From positions 32,001 through 96,000 of the forward strand of contig JBILLK010000002.1 in NCBI GenBank assembly GCA_044376115.1: a stretch of 64,000 nucleotides of DNA, read 5' to 3'. The notes under the pieces were generated by a model. That model made no database searches. It was not told the DNA's origin and worked only from the letters and a program-made list of their open reading frames with translations. Numbering within the stretch: position 1 is the stretch's first letter; every line of letters starts with the position of its first letter. Source of the DNA: Polyangiaceae bacterium (lineage in GTDB: Bacteria > Myxococcota_A > Polyangia > Polyangiales > Polyangiaceae). Position numbers and translations under genes: made by a program. Positions 55,771 to 64,000 of this stretch are shown here, one piece after another.

Positions 55771-58446
55771 ATGTCTCCCGTTGAACCCAGCGCAAAGCCC
55801 GAGCGGTCCTCCTTCCGAAGAGGGCTCATGGGGCGAGCCATCCTGGTGGCTCTAGGCGGCCTCGCCGCAGGGCTCGTGGTTGCGCGCAAGCCGCACACGG
55901 CCTCGGGGGATCGGCGCGGCGCTGTGGTGGAGATCCTGAGCAAGCGCGGCTTCATCGTCGAGCCGGAGGACGTTGTTCTGGTGGACGCTCCCGGCGGCGT
56001 CGTTCGCGCGGCTACGCGCTCATCCCGCGTGCTCGTGCGGGCCACCCAGCCGATTCCGGATCTGCCAAAGGAAGAGTGGCTTTCGGATGTGTACGTCTTT
56101 CACGCAGAGCTCTCGCCTGCGGGCGCCCTGCTCGATCTGAATGAGGGTCGCAACGTCAGCGAGACCACCGGCGCCGAAGAAACGCGGCCGGTGCTGATGG
56201 GGAAGTACGCGGCCTTCGCATCGCAGAGCCGCACTTGCGGCGCTCCCAGCGTAGTGACCGTGCTGGATCTCGCAGGCCAATCGGCGCTGGATTGGAGCTT
56301 CTCCGACCGCATGAAGAACGCGGTCACCAACTTCCAAACCACCGGCCAGGTCGCGGGCTTTGGCCGGCGCAAGTACGAGGTCGGCGGAGAGGCGGCAGAG
56401 CAGGCCGGCACACCCAATCAACCGAATCAGGCGGAAGAGGGCTGCAAACAAACCGAGGTGGAGGTCCGCGTGCAAGGCGGCACCTTCATGGTCGTTGCGG
56501 GCAAAGATTCCTTCGCCCTCAGCCCGGAGACGGAGAGCGCGCTCCCCGCGTGGATCCGCAGCGAGCCGGTGGAGATCGCCAAGCCCGGCAACCTCACCAC
56601 CTGGGCGGTGGATCGCGTGCGTACCGAGATCGGCGATGAGAACATGCAGGCCATCAAACAGGCGTTCTTCGAGGCGAAGGACGTTTGGGATCGCAACGCC
56701 GAGGAGATCTCCGGTGCCACCGGTGAAGAAGATATCGCTGAAGATCTCGGTGAAGAGTTGGGCGCGGCCAAGCGCGAGATCCCGGTGGATCCGGATGTCG
56801 GCTGGCCTCCGCCTCCGCTCGAGCCCTGGGTCACGGCGCCCGAGATCGCTGGGGAAGGGCAGTGGAACGCCAAGGAAGACGTCGGCTTCTTCCGCAACCA
56901 GCCCAACCTCCCGCCGACCTTCCTCACCACCTTCATTCGCTCCGACCGCGGGCGAAAAACCACGCGCGTGTACGTCACCATCTGGGATCCGCGCCAGGTG
57001 GAGCTTCACATGATGGCCGGCACCGTGGAGCCCAAGAGTGCCACCGGCAAGGCCGGCCCCGGGATGATCCCGCGTACGCCCGACGTGATGAAGCGCGTGG
57101 TGGCAGCAACCAACGCAGGCTTTCAAGCGCTGCACGGTGAATACGGGATGATGGCCGACGGCATCGTGTATCTGCCGCCCAAACCCTACGGCGCCACGGT
57201 GATGAAGCTGCGCGATGGCACCACGGCCTTCGGCAATTGGCCCAACGACGCTACCGTGCCCGACCAGGTCGTCTCCTACCGTCAGAACATGACGGTGATG
57301 GTGCAGGACGAAAAGTTCAACCCGTACCAACGCACTTGGTGGGGCGGTACGGTACCCGGCGCCGAAGACAAGACGCACACCGTACGCACCGGCATTTGCC
57401 TCACCCGCGAGAAGTTCGTCGCGTACTTCTACGGCGCTGATTTGAGCCCCGACGCGCTGGCCCAAGCGATGATCCAAACGCGCTGCAGTTACGGCATTGC
57501 GCTCGACATGAACGCCGGTCACTCCGGGCTCGAGTTCTACAAGGTCGCACCGGCTGCGGCGATGCCGGATCTCGGCCGGCCGATCGATACGAGCTGGGAG
57601 GCCGAGGGCGACGTGCCGGGGATGGACGGCTATCGCTTCCGCGCCAAGAAGGTCGTCAAAGGCATGGGGCTGATGAACTTCCCGCGCTACATCAAGCGCG
57701 AGGCGCGTGACTTCTTCTACCTGACCCTGCGCCACATTTTGCCCGGCGAGAACCTCGCGCCGGTGCTCGCCTCGGCGAAGGAAGGCGAGGGGGTTTGGCG
57801 GGTGAAGGGCCTGCCGCAACACGGCTTCCCTTACGCCCTCGCCGTTACCGATCTGCGCGCCGATAAAGCGCATGAAGAGCGCACCTTCCGCGTGCTCGCG
57901 ATCGATCCGCGCACAGTGGGAGTGGGAGCTGCTTCGGCCGCGGGCGCCGCGGGCGCTGCCGAGCCGCCGCTCGTGCTCGAGGTCGCCAAAGCCCAAGGCA
58001 CCGGCGGTCTGTTTTTGGACGCCACCGGCTTTCAGCTCGCCGCTGAACCCCCGTCGAAGCAGGCCGCCCTCCTCGCCGCAGGCGGTAGCGAAGCCAAAGG
58101 GCTTGCCGTCGTCAGCGTGCACCCCGAGTCGGGCATGCTTTACTACGCCGAGCTCGTCGGTACAGCGGCGGACGCGCCGGTTGAGCTCGCGGCCATCCGC
58201 GATGTATTCGCAGGCCTCGGTTGCACCGACTTCCTCTACCTGCCCGCTCGTTGGTCCTTGCGCCTGGGCGACGGCACCGCCCTCGACGGCACCGCCATCC
58301 ACCCACTCCGCGGCGACGTCGTTCGCCTCACCCGCAGGCCAGGCCCCGGCGGCGCACGCTTCTTCGAGGACACCCCCATCGTCCCCCGCGACGAGTGGTA
58401 CCCCCTGCAACAACACCGCGTGCGCTACTTCAAGAAGGCCGACTGA
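55771..58446 (+). CDS. large exported protein with phosphodiester glycosidase (NAGPA)-like domain
   Basis: N-terminal TM; ATNAGF, RTGICLT and ALDMN motifs resembling the NGGF/RTA/LD signature. Confidence 0.7.
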   Translation: MSPVEPSAKPERSSFRRGLMGRAILVALGGLAAGLVVARKPHTASGDRRGAVVEILSKRGFIVEPEDVVLVDAPGGVVRAATRSSRVLVRATQPIPDLPKEEWLSDVYVFHAELSPAGALLDLNEGRNVSETTGAEETRPVLMGKYAAFASQSRTCGAPSVVTVLDLAGQSALDWSFSDRMKNAVTNFQTTGQVAGFGRRKYEVGGEAAEQAGTPNQPNQAEEGCKQTEVEVRVQGGTFMVVAGKDSFALSPETESALPAWIRSEPVEIAKPGNLTTWAVDRVRTEIGDENMQAIKQAFFEAKDVWDRNAEEISGATGEEDIAEDLGEELGAAKREIPVDPDVGWPPPPLEPWVTAPEIAGEGQWNAKEDVGFFRNQPNLPPTFLTTFIRSDRGRKTTRVYVTIWDPRQVELHMMAGTVEPKSATGKAGPGMIPRTPDVMKRVVAATNAGFQALHGEYGMMADGIVYLPPKPYGATVMKLRDGTTAFGNWPNDATVPDQVVSYRQNMTVMVQDEKFNPYQRTWWGGTVPGAEDKTHTVRTGICLTREKFVAYFYGADLSPDALAQAMIQTRCSYGIALDMNAGHSGLEFYKVAPAAAMPDLGRPIDTSWEAEGDVPGMDGYRFRAKKVVKGMGLMNFPRYIKREARDFFYLTLRHILPGENLAPVLASAKEGEGVWRVKGLPQHGFPYALAVTDLRADKAHEERTFRVLAIDPRTVGVGAASAAGAAGAAEPPLVLEVAKAQGTGGLFLDATGFQLAAEPPSKQAALLAAGGSEAKGLAVVSVHPESGMLYYAELVGTAADAPVELAAIRDVFAGLGCTDFLYLPARWSLRLGDGTALDGTAIHPLRGDVVRLTRRPGPGGARFFEDTPIVPRDEWYPLQQHRVRYFKKAD

Positions 58447-58517
58447 GCGCGACTCGTCGCCTGAACATGACCTCCCACGTCATGGCTCGTCCGCGCGCCC
58501 AGCGTTAGCGTCGTGTG

Positions 58518-58934
58518 ATGTTGACCTCCTCCCATTGGCGTCTCACCTCTGCGGCCGGCGCGCTCTACAGCACGGTTGGTGCGATCTTCGTCGCCGCCTC
58601 CTTCCATGATCCGACGCTCGGCTTGCTGAACCGGCTGCTCGTCCCCGATTCGTCGCCTCCCAGCCCCGCCGTTCGCCTCTACGCGGCGGTGATGGGCGCT
58701 GTGGTCGTCGGCTTCGGCGTCATGCTCGCCCGCGTCGCACGCGGTGCCGAACGCGGTCCCAGCGCTATCGCTCGTGCCCTCCGTGACGCCGTCCTCGCCT
58801 GGTTCATCGTCGACACCACCGCATCGTTGCTCCACGGCTCGTGGCAAAACGCGCTCTTCAACCTGCTCAGCCTCACCGCCGGGTTGCCGCCGATCCTGCT
58901 CGCCGTGCGTAGCTCGGCGCCGAAGCGAGCCTAG
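58518..58934 (+). CDS. small 4-TM membrane protein
   Basis: Hydrophobic helices; WF.VDT..S...G...N..FN motif. Confidence 0.75.
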   Translation: MLTSSHWRLTSAAGALYSTVGAIFVAASFHDPTLGLLNRLLVPDSSPPSPAVRLYAAVMGAVVVGFGVMLARVARGAERGPSAIARALRDAVLAWFIVDTTASLLHGSWQNALFNLLSLTAGLPPILLAVRSSAPKRA

Positions 58935-58939
58935 TGCGT

Positions 58940-59483
58940 TCAGCCGTCGTTCGGCACGTTCACAAGCCCCATCTTCTCGAGGTCCGCGTCCGGCAACACA
59001 GGCCGCTCAAGTTGGGCTGGCCAGCAGCGTGTCCACCCGCCGACCAATCGATGGGTGGGTCGGAAGCGGCGGCTACGATCTGTCCATCCCGATCGACCAG
59101 GAACGCTTGACCGCCGCAAACCTCGACCAAGCGCTCCATGATCATCATCAGACCCTCGATCCAGCCCCTGATGAGAGCCTCGTCGTCTCCCGGAACAAGG
59201 GATTGCGCGAGACTCAAACTCCACTGACGCCAGTCCTCCGCCTGGCCTGCGACGAACGACGGCCTCATGACTTCGGCGAGGACTTGGAATAGCCCATCGA
59301 GGTCAATGAAGCGGCCTTCCACGATACGCTCAAGGAGACCTTGCCGCCGCGGAGCGCGTCTTGAAGCACCAAGAGATCTCTCCGATCTCCGTGTGGCCTC
59401 GCCTCAATACGTCGGAACAGATCGGCTCGAACCTTTTGCAGGCCCTGCAGTTCCGAAACCGTAACGGCGCGTGAGGTTTGCAT
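58940..59483 (-). pseudogene. frameshifted hypothetical gene followed by a copy of the neighbouring gene's 3' end
   Basis: MQTSRAV..DALRGG continues as QGLLERIVEGRF.. in another frame; a third frame ends PDADLEKMGLVNVPNDG. Confidence 0.5.
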
Positions 59484-59659
59484 GACGTTTCTCCCAAGAG
59501 CGGCTTTTCAATGCGCCGATCTCGCGCGGCTCCTTGCCCGGCCGCCACTCCGAGCACGCCACCGGCCGTCGAGCCCGAACAATGCAGCCGCGGTGACGGT
59601 GGCCATGTCAGTCGTTCGGCACGTGCACAAGCCCCATCTCGTCGAGATCCGCATCCGGC
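58946..59659. repeat. 49-bp imperfect direct repeat (58946-58994 and 59611-59659)
   Basis: 44/49 identical by hand alignment. Confidence 0.9.
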
Positions 59660-60260
59660 GGGACCGGCTCTGGTTCTTTGAGCACTTTGCCGTCACGAAC
59701 CAGATAAAGCAGCTCGGCCTTTTGCTTATCCATCAGCTTGCGGCTGTGTTTCGGCTCTTTGCAATGGACCGCGTCAAGCCCAATGTCGGCGATGGAGCGA
59801 TGCCTCTGCGATTCGGGAACCAAGGTCCCAACCCAAGGTTCTCTCCCGTCGTACGTGCGCACATCCTTCTTGTCGCGGGTGTACCAAGCCTGATCCGGCC
59901 AAACCCCCAATGAGAGCGACACCTTCCCGTCTTTGTAGTGCGTGAACTCCTGCCACGACAGCGCCTCCACCAAGGCGACCTCCCAGAGATCGGGGAAGAC
60001 CTTGCAAAGTCCCTTGGACACCAGTTCCGTCACCCATGTCGTGTCCTCCGACATCCAGAAGTGGAACCAGAGCCGGTCTTTACCGACTGCTCCGCCAACA
60101 ACCCCAGCACCGCGACCTCGGGGCGAGCCTTCGCGCTCATCCGCTTGAATAGTGCTTTGGATGCAGTGATGACCTGCTCACGCGGGGTATCGGCGGGCAC
60201 CGAGAGAAAGTACGCGTCGTAGAAGGAGAGGGTTGTGAGTGCGGTCTTCGTTTTCGGCAT
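59608..60260 (-). pseudogene. hypothetical protein with one frameshift near 60075-60110
   Basis: MPKTKT..PEVAVLG frame switches to ..GKDRLWFHFWMSEDT..VPND. Confidence 0.6.
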
Positions 60261-60284
60261 AGCTCAAACCTTGGGGTATGGACG

Positions 60285-61628
60285 CTAAACCAAGTCAAAG
60301 TCCTCGGCCACGCTCGCCTCGTCATCGAGGATCGCCCGCGTCTCTTCATCGCGATGGACCGCTAGCAAGTAGAGCTCGGCCAGGATCACCGGGTGGGCCT
60401 TCACCAGCGAGAGCAGCTCGCTGGTCGGGAGAAACAGCGTGACCGTGGGGTTGATCGCGACCACCTCGGCGCTGGTCTTGCGACGGAACAACGTCGCGAC
60501 TTCGCCCACCACGTCTCCGACGCCGAGCGTGCGCAACACCAACGGATCACCGTCGCCCTCGCGCCGCACGATCGCCACTTCGCCCGAGGCGATCAGGAAC
60601 AGGCCGGTCGGAGCTGCGTCTTGCTCGACCACCTTGTCGTGCTGCTCGAAGGTGACGATGCGAAAACGCTCGACCAACGCCGGCAAATCTTGCTCCGGCA
60701 CCACACGCAGGACCTCGCTCATGCGCAGCAGGTTCTGCACCATTCGGTCGCGACAATGTTCGCCCAGCAGGGTGCCGATGTTGGGATGAGCTTGCGCCAC
60801 CGCATCGAGCGCGGCCTTCTGAATGCGCACGACGACGGTCGGCCGCAGCGAGACCACCGAGCCTGCGCGCGGAGCTCGTGAGAGCAGGGCCATCTCGCCA
60901 AACAGCGCGCCACTTCGCAGCCGCGCGAGTGAAAGTACGTTGCCGTTCTTGGTCGTGCGGCGCGCCTCGAGCTCACCGCGTGCAACCCAATAGGCCTCTC
61001 GCCCAGGAGCGCCCTGTTCGATCAAAGTTTGGCCCGCCGGGATCCACTCGGGCGCCATCGTCTCGATCAAATCTCGCAGGCCCGCTTGATCCAACGTAGA
61101 GAACAACGGCACCGCGCCGATCGGTGCGCGCACCGAGTCATCAAACGCTTTTTTCGCCGCGTGGATGAACTCACAGGCCTTGTTGTTGAGGGCCACACCG
61201 GTGAGCACGCTGGGCAGCGGCGAAAAGGCCGAGGCCGGCGGTAGCACCACTGGAGGTACGGCGCCTTGGCCGAAGCGCGGGCTGTCTTTGCAGAACGCTG
61301 CAGCGATCTCGTCGAGCAGCGGCCCGAGCTGCGCACCAAAGCGCGTGGCCTCGCGCGCCGAAGCCACCGCCAGCGGCAGATTCTCCACGTCGATCGCCCG
61401 GCGTGCGGCGAGCGTACAGGCCTCACGCGCCACTTCCTCACGCCCGCCCTCACCGAGCAAACGCCCAGTCAAACAGAGCGCCGTGGGCATCGCTGGATCA
61501 TCGCGCAAGATCGCCGCGGACCAACGCAGCGCCGCATCGCGCTCTCCGGCGAGCGCGAGCTGCACGGCTCGGTCTGCGGTGGTTTCTTCCGGAAGCCCCG
61601 AACCCGGGAGAACGGGCGGTTTCGTCAT
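60285..61628 (-). CDS. protein with two cyclic-nucleotide-binding domains and helical N-terminus
   Basis: I.QG..G...Y.V..G, FGEMALL...PRAGSV; second domain VGEVATL. Confidence 0.9.
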   Translation of the reverse strand: MTKPPVLPGSGLPEETTADRAVQLALAGERDAALRWSAAILRDDPAMPTALCLTGRLLGEGGREEVAREACTLAARRAIDVENLPLAVASAREATRFGAQLGPLLDEIAAAFCKDSPRFGQGAVPPVVLPPASAFSPLPSVLTGVALNNKACEFIHAAKKAFDDSVRAPIGAVPLFSTLDQAGLRDLIETMAPEWIPAGQTLIEQGAPGREAYWVARGELEARRTTKNGNVLSLARLRSGALFGEMALLSRAPRAGSVVSLRPTVVVRIQKAALDAVAQAHPNIGTLLGEHCRDRMVQNLLRMSEVLRVVPEQDLPALVERFRIVTFEQHDKVVEQDAAPTGLFLIASGEVAIVRREGDGDPLVLRTLGVGDVVGEVATLFRRKTSAEVVAINPTVTLFLPTSELLSLVKAHPVILAELYLLAVHRDEETRAILDDEASVAEDFDLV

Positions 61629-61683
61629 GGCGCGGTCGTAACATCCATGCGGCGTTTCGTACACCGGGCCAACAGCCCGGCGG

Positions 61684-62736
61684 CTACTGGACGAAGGAGG
61701 CCGAGAGCAGGTAAGGGCTGGCCGGCGCGCTGCTGGGTGAGTCCACCGCGATCAGCACCTGTTCCCCAGTGGTCAGCACAATTTGCCCAGATTCGGTGAT
61801 GCCAGCCGCAGTTTCGTTGACACAGCCGAGCTCCACGATGCTCTCGCTGCACGCGGTGGTCACCACCACCGCCACGTCCACCGCCGAGTCCACTGTCAGA
61901 TAGAGCACGCCCTCGCCGGGGCTGGTGAAGGAGTAGAAGTCCTCCGGTGTTCCCGGCCCGCTGCAGCTCGGCAAAAGCACGTTGCTACCGTCGCCGGTAA
62001 CGCCGTTCTGCTCACCTAGGACCAACACAGGAATGGTGTCGCAGAAGGCCGGAAAGACCACGAGGCAGGCCTCGCAACCATCGCCCACCTCCCTATTGCC
62101 GTCGTCGCACTGTTCGGTCGGCGCGAGGATGCCATCCCCGCAAACGATCGCGCTGCATGTACCGATACAGTCGGGATCGGCGCAATCGATCATGCCGTCT
62201 TGATCGTCATCGAGCTCGTTGCCGCAGTCGACCTCGATCGCCGCGCACGGCGGGCAATCGCTGTCGGCGCAATCCACGTCACCGTCGAGGTCGTTGTCGA
62301 TCGTGTCGGCGCAATCCTCGCTGCACTCGGGTTGTGCGGAACAATCGAGGTCCGCGCAGTCGATAAGGCCGTCCCCGTCGCCATCGACACCGTCCAGACA
62401 GTTCACCTCGGTGGTGTCTTGGCAGTCCGGGTCGCTCAGGTCGGTAAGCCCGTCAAAGTCGTCGTCGACGCCGTTGCCGCAGGTCTCGAACGGCGTGCAG
62501 TAGCCGCTATCGCAGGTCCCGTTACCGCAATCCGCATCCGTCACGCAATCGGTGTAAAAATCGTCGTAGCCGCCGCCGTAGCAGGCCATCAGCGTCACCA
62601 TCATCATGCCGGAGGTGGCGAGCTTGATCGCCTTGCCCAACAGCCCGCTGGGCGCCTTCTGCTCGGCGCCGCAATGCGGGCAGCGAGCCGCTTCATCAAC
62701 GAGAAAACCGGGACACGAGCTGCAGGTTGAAAGCAT
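61684..62736 (-). CDS. Cys-rich lipoprotein with CxxC..CxxC leader and C-Y-G lipobox; putative radical SAM substrate
   Basis: GGAG RBS; LMAC52-Y53-G54; acidic C.N..D.D.DG..DC.D.DC repeats, a myxobacterial CGDG..EQCDDGN repeat, and a C-terminal beta-sandwich-like domain. Confidence 0.88.
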   Translation of the reverse strand: MLSTCSSCPGFLVDEAARCPHCGAEQKAPSGLLGKAIKLATSGMMMVTLMACYGGGYDDFYTDCVTDADCGNGTCDSGYCTPFETCGNGVDDDFDGLTDLSDPDCQDTTEVNCLDGVDGDGDGLIDCADLDCSAQPECSEDCADTIDNDLDGDVDCADSDCPPCAAIEVDCGNELDDDQDGMIDCADPDCIGTCSAIVCGDGILAPTEQCDDGNREVGDGCEACLVVFPAFCDTIPVLVLGEQNGVTGDGSNVLLPSCSGPGTPEDFYSFTSPGEGVLYLTVDSAVDVAVVVTTACSESIVELGCVNETAAGITESGQIVLTTGEQVLIAVDSPSSAPASPYLLSASFVQ

Positions 62737-62767
62737 GGGAAACTCCGTAGGGAAGGGAAGATAAGCG

Positions 62768-64000
62768 TCAAACCGAAGAGCTTGGAGCTGTGCGCGTGGG
62801 GCGTCGCGAGATCTGAACCAGCGACTCGAGTGGCTTGTCCGCGCCCGGATCGGCCGTCTCGAACGGCTCCACCACGACCTCGAAAAGGCCGTTGTCGAAG
62901 GGCAAGCCCGGCGCTGCGTCTTTCGGCACCAGGCGTTCGCGCAAGCCTTGCTTCTGGTGTTCGCGCGCTCGGAAATGGCAATACGGATTGTTGCCCGGTC
63001 GGCCCAACACCGAGTGCGCGGTGAAGCTGCAACCACCCAAACAGACGTCGCCAAACACGCACGTCTTACAGTAGCCCCACAGGTCTTCACGCGTGCGCGC
63101 GCGGGTGAAGGCGAGCTCCGGCGTCTGCTCCCAGATCGACTTCACGCTGGCTTCCTTGGCGTTGCCGCCAACGTAGTGCGAGGTCTGCAGCGAAGGGCAG
63201 CCCTTCACGGCGCCGTCCGACTCGATGCCCATCACATAGCGGCCGGCCTGGCAGCCGCTCCAATGATCACGGTCCCCTTTGCGTTGTGAGCGCAGCAGCG
63301 CCTCTTCCGGCCCGAAGTAGCCGAGGTTGTTGCCCGGCATGATGGTGACGCCACGCGTGCGGCCGAGCTCTTTGACCGCAGCGACGCGCGGTACGAGATC
63401 CAGCAAATCCCAAGGCTGCAGCAACATGTCGGTGCGGTCGGCGGCTCGCCCGAGCGGCGTCGTAATTTGGATCTGCCAGGTGGTGATCTGCGGCGCCAAG
63501 ATCTCGAACAGCGGCTCGAGATCCATCATGTTCGAGCGGTTGAAGTTGGTGTTGGCCATAGCCACGAGCCCGACCTTCTTCACCGCTGCGAGCGCGCGTT
63601 GCGTGCCTGCAAAGCTACCGCGTTGGTTGCGCATGCGGTCGTGGGCCTGCTCGAGCCCGTCCACGCTCACGCTGACCTGGTGCAACCCGTGGTCCTTCAT
63701 CTGTTGCGCCAGCGCTTCATCCACCCCGCGCCCGCCGGTGGTCAGGCCCACCCGCACGCCGGCCTTGGCGAGCGCCTCGATGATCGAAAGAAAGCCATCG
63801 TGCAAATAGGCCTCCCCGCCGATCAGCACCACGTCGGTGGTGCCCATCGCGATCAACTGGGCAGCGAGCTTGAGCGCCTCTTCGGTGCTCAGCTCATCGG
63901 GCCGGGCCGCGCTCGCGCGTGAACCACAATGCAAACACGCGTGGTCGCACTTGAGGGTCAGCTCCCAAACCACGTAGGCCGGGAAGAAGCCGCGATCGGC
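62768..64000 (-). CDS. radical SAM/SPASM maturase, PlpX (splicease)-like; 5' end outside window
   Basis: [58 protein letters not shown]....C.GGC..GNNPYC; frame open to window edge. Confidence 0.93.
   Translation of the reverse strand, partial: ADRGFFPAYVVWELTLKCDHACLHCGSRASAARPDELSTEEALKLAAQLIAMGTTDVVLIGGEAYLHDGFLSIIEALAKAGVRVGLTTGGRGVDEALAQQMKDHGLHQVSVSVDGLEQAHDRMRNQRGSFAGTQRALAAVKKVGLVAMANTNFNRSNMMDLEPLFEILAPQITTWQIQITTPLGRAADRTDMLLQPWDLLDLVPRVAAVKELGRTRGVTIMPGNNLGYFGPEEALLRSQRKGDRDHWSGCQAGRYVMGIESDGAVKGCPSLQTSHYVGGNAKEASVKSIWEQTPELAFTRARTREDLWGYCKTCVFGDVCLGGCSFTAHSVLGRPGNNPYCHFRAREHQKQGLRERLVPKDAAPGLPFDNGLFEVVVEPFETADPGADKPLESLVQISRRPTRTAPSSSV

Noticed and set aside
56020..58416. 798-aa antisense ORF and other long shadow ORFs (e.g. 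52924..54390, 31732..32904)
   Set aside because: They mirror real genes on the opposite strand, as expected from high GC3 bias, and show no recognisable motifs
58946..59659. 49-bp repeat pair as DGR template/variable repeats
   Set aside because: The five mismatches are not confined to adenines of either copy on either strand, the repeat is short, and no reverse transcriptase is present
59320..59930. Shared GKVSLS peptide as evidence that the two cassette ORFs are paralogs
   Set aside because: Six residues only, with divergent DNA, probably lying past the frameshift in the second ORF
49071..60260. Programmed ribosomal frameshifting at the broken genes
   Set aside because: No X XXY YYZ slippery sites or common motif seen at the junctions; mutation or sequencing error is simpler
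62737..63090. N-terminal extension of the 61684..63090 ORF
   Set aside because: Overlaps the rSAM gene in another frame; a GGAG RBS supports the ATG at 62736

Overview
A GC-rich, gene-dense bacterial chromosome segment of about 62 CDSs. Gene content points to Myxococcota, probably Polyangiaceae-like (inference): roughly half the genes encode Gly/Cys-rich lipoproteins, alongside eukaryote-like Ser/Thr kinases, a PEGA protein, a DUF1592/DUF1552 pair, AgmX/PglI-like domains and a ferritin-like lipoprotein. Housekeeping genes are few: gatC-gatA-GNAT-truB and a thioredoxin. I found no tRNA, rRNA, CRISPR array, transposase or integrase. The top candidate system is at the right edge. A radical SAM/SPASM enzyme with the motifs of PlpX-type 'spliceases' (tyramine excision at X-Tyr-Gly) lies directly upstream of a 350-aa Cys-rich lipoprotein whose lipobox reads LMA-C-Y-G and is preceded by a CxxC..CxxC leader. 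This suggests backbone splicing at the lipidated N-terminal Cys of a surface protein. Other candidates: a three-gene operon with a possible two-hairpin beta-pore-forming lipoprotein; an exported ferritin-like diiron protein fused to a CCY domain; a frameshifted cassette flanked by a 49-bp direct repeat; an AT-rich perfect hairpin; an ECF sigma factor coupled to an inverted-topology kinase; and frameshifts confined to orphan genes. All family calls come from motif recognition by eye; no database searches were run.
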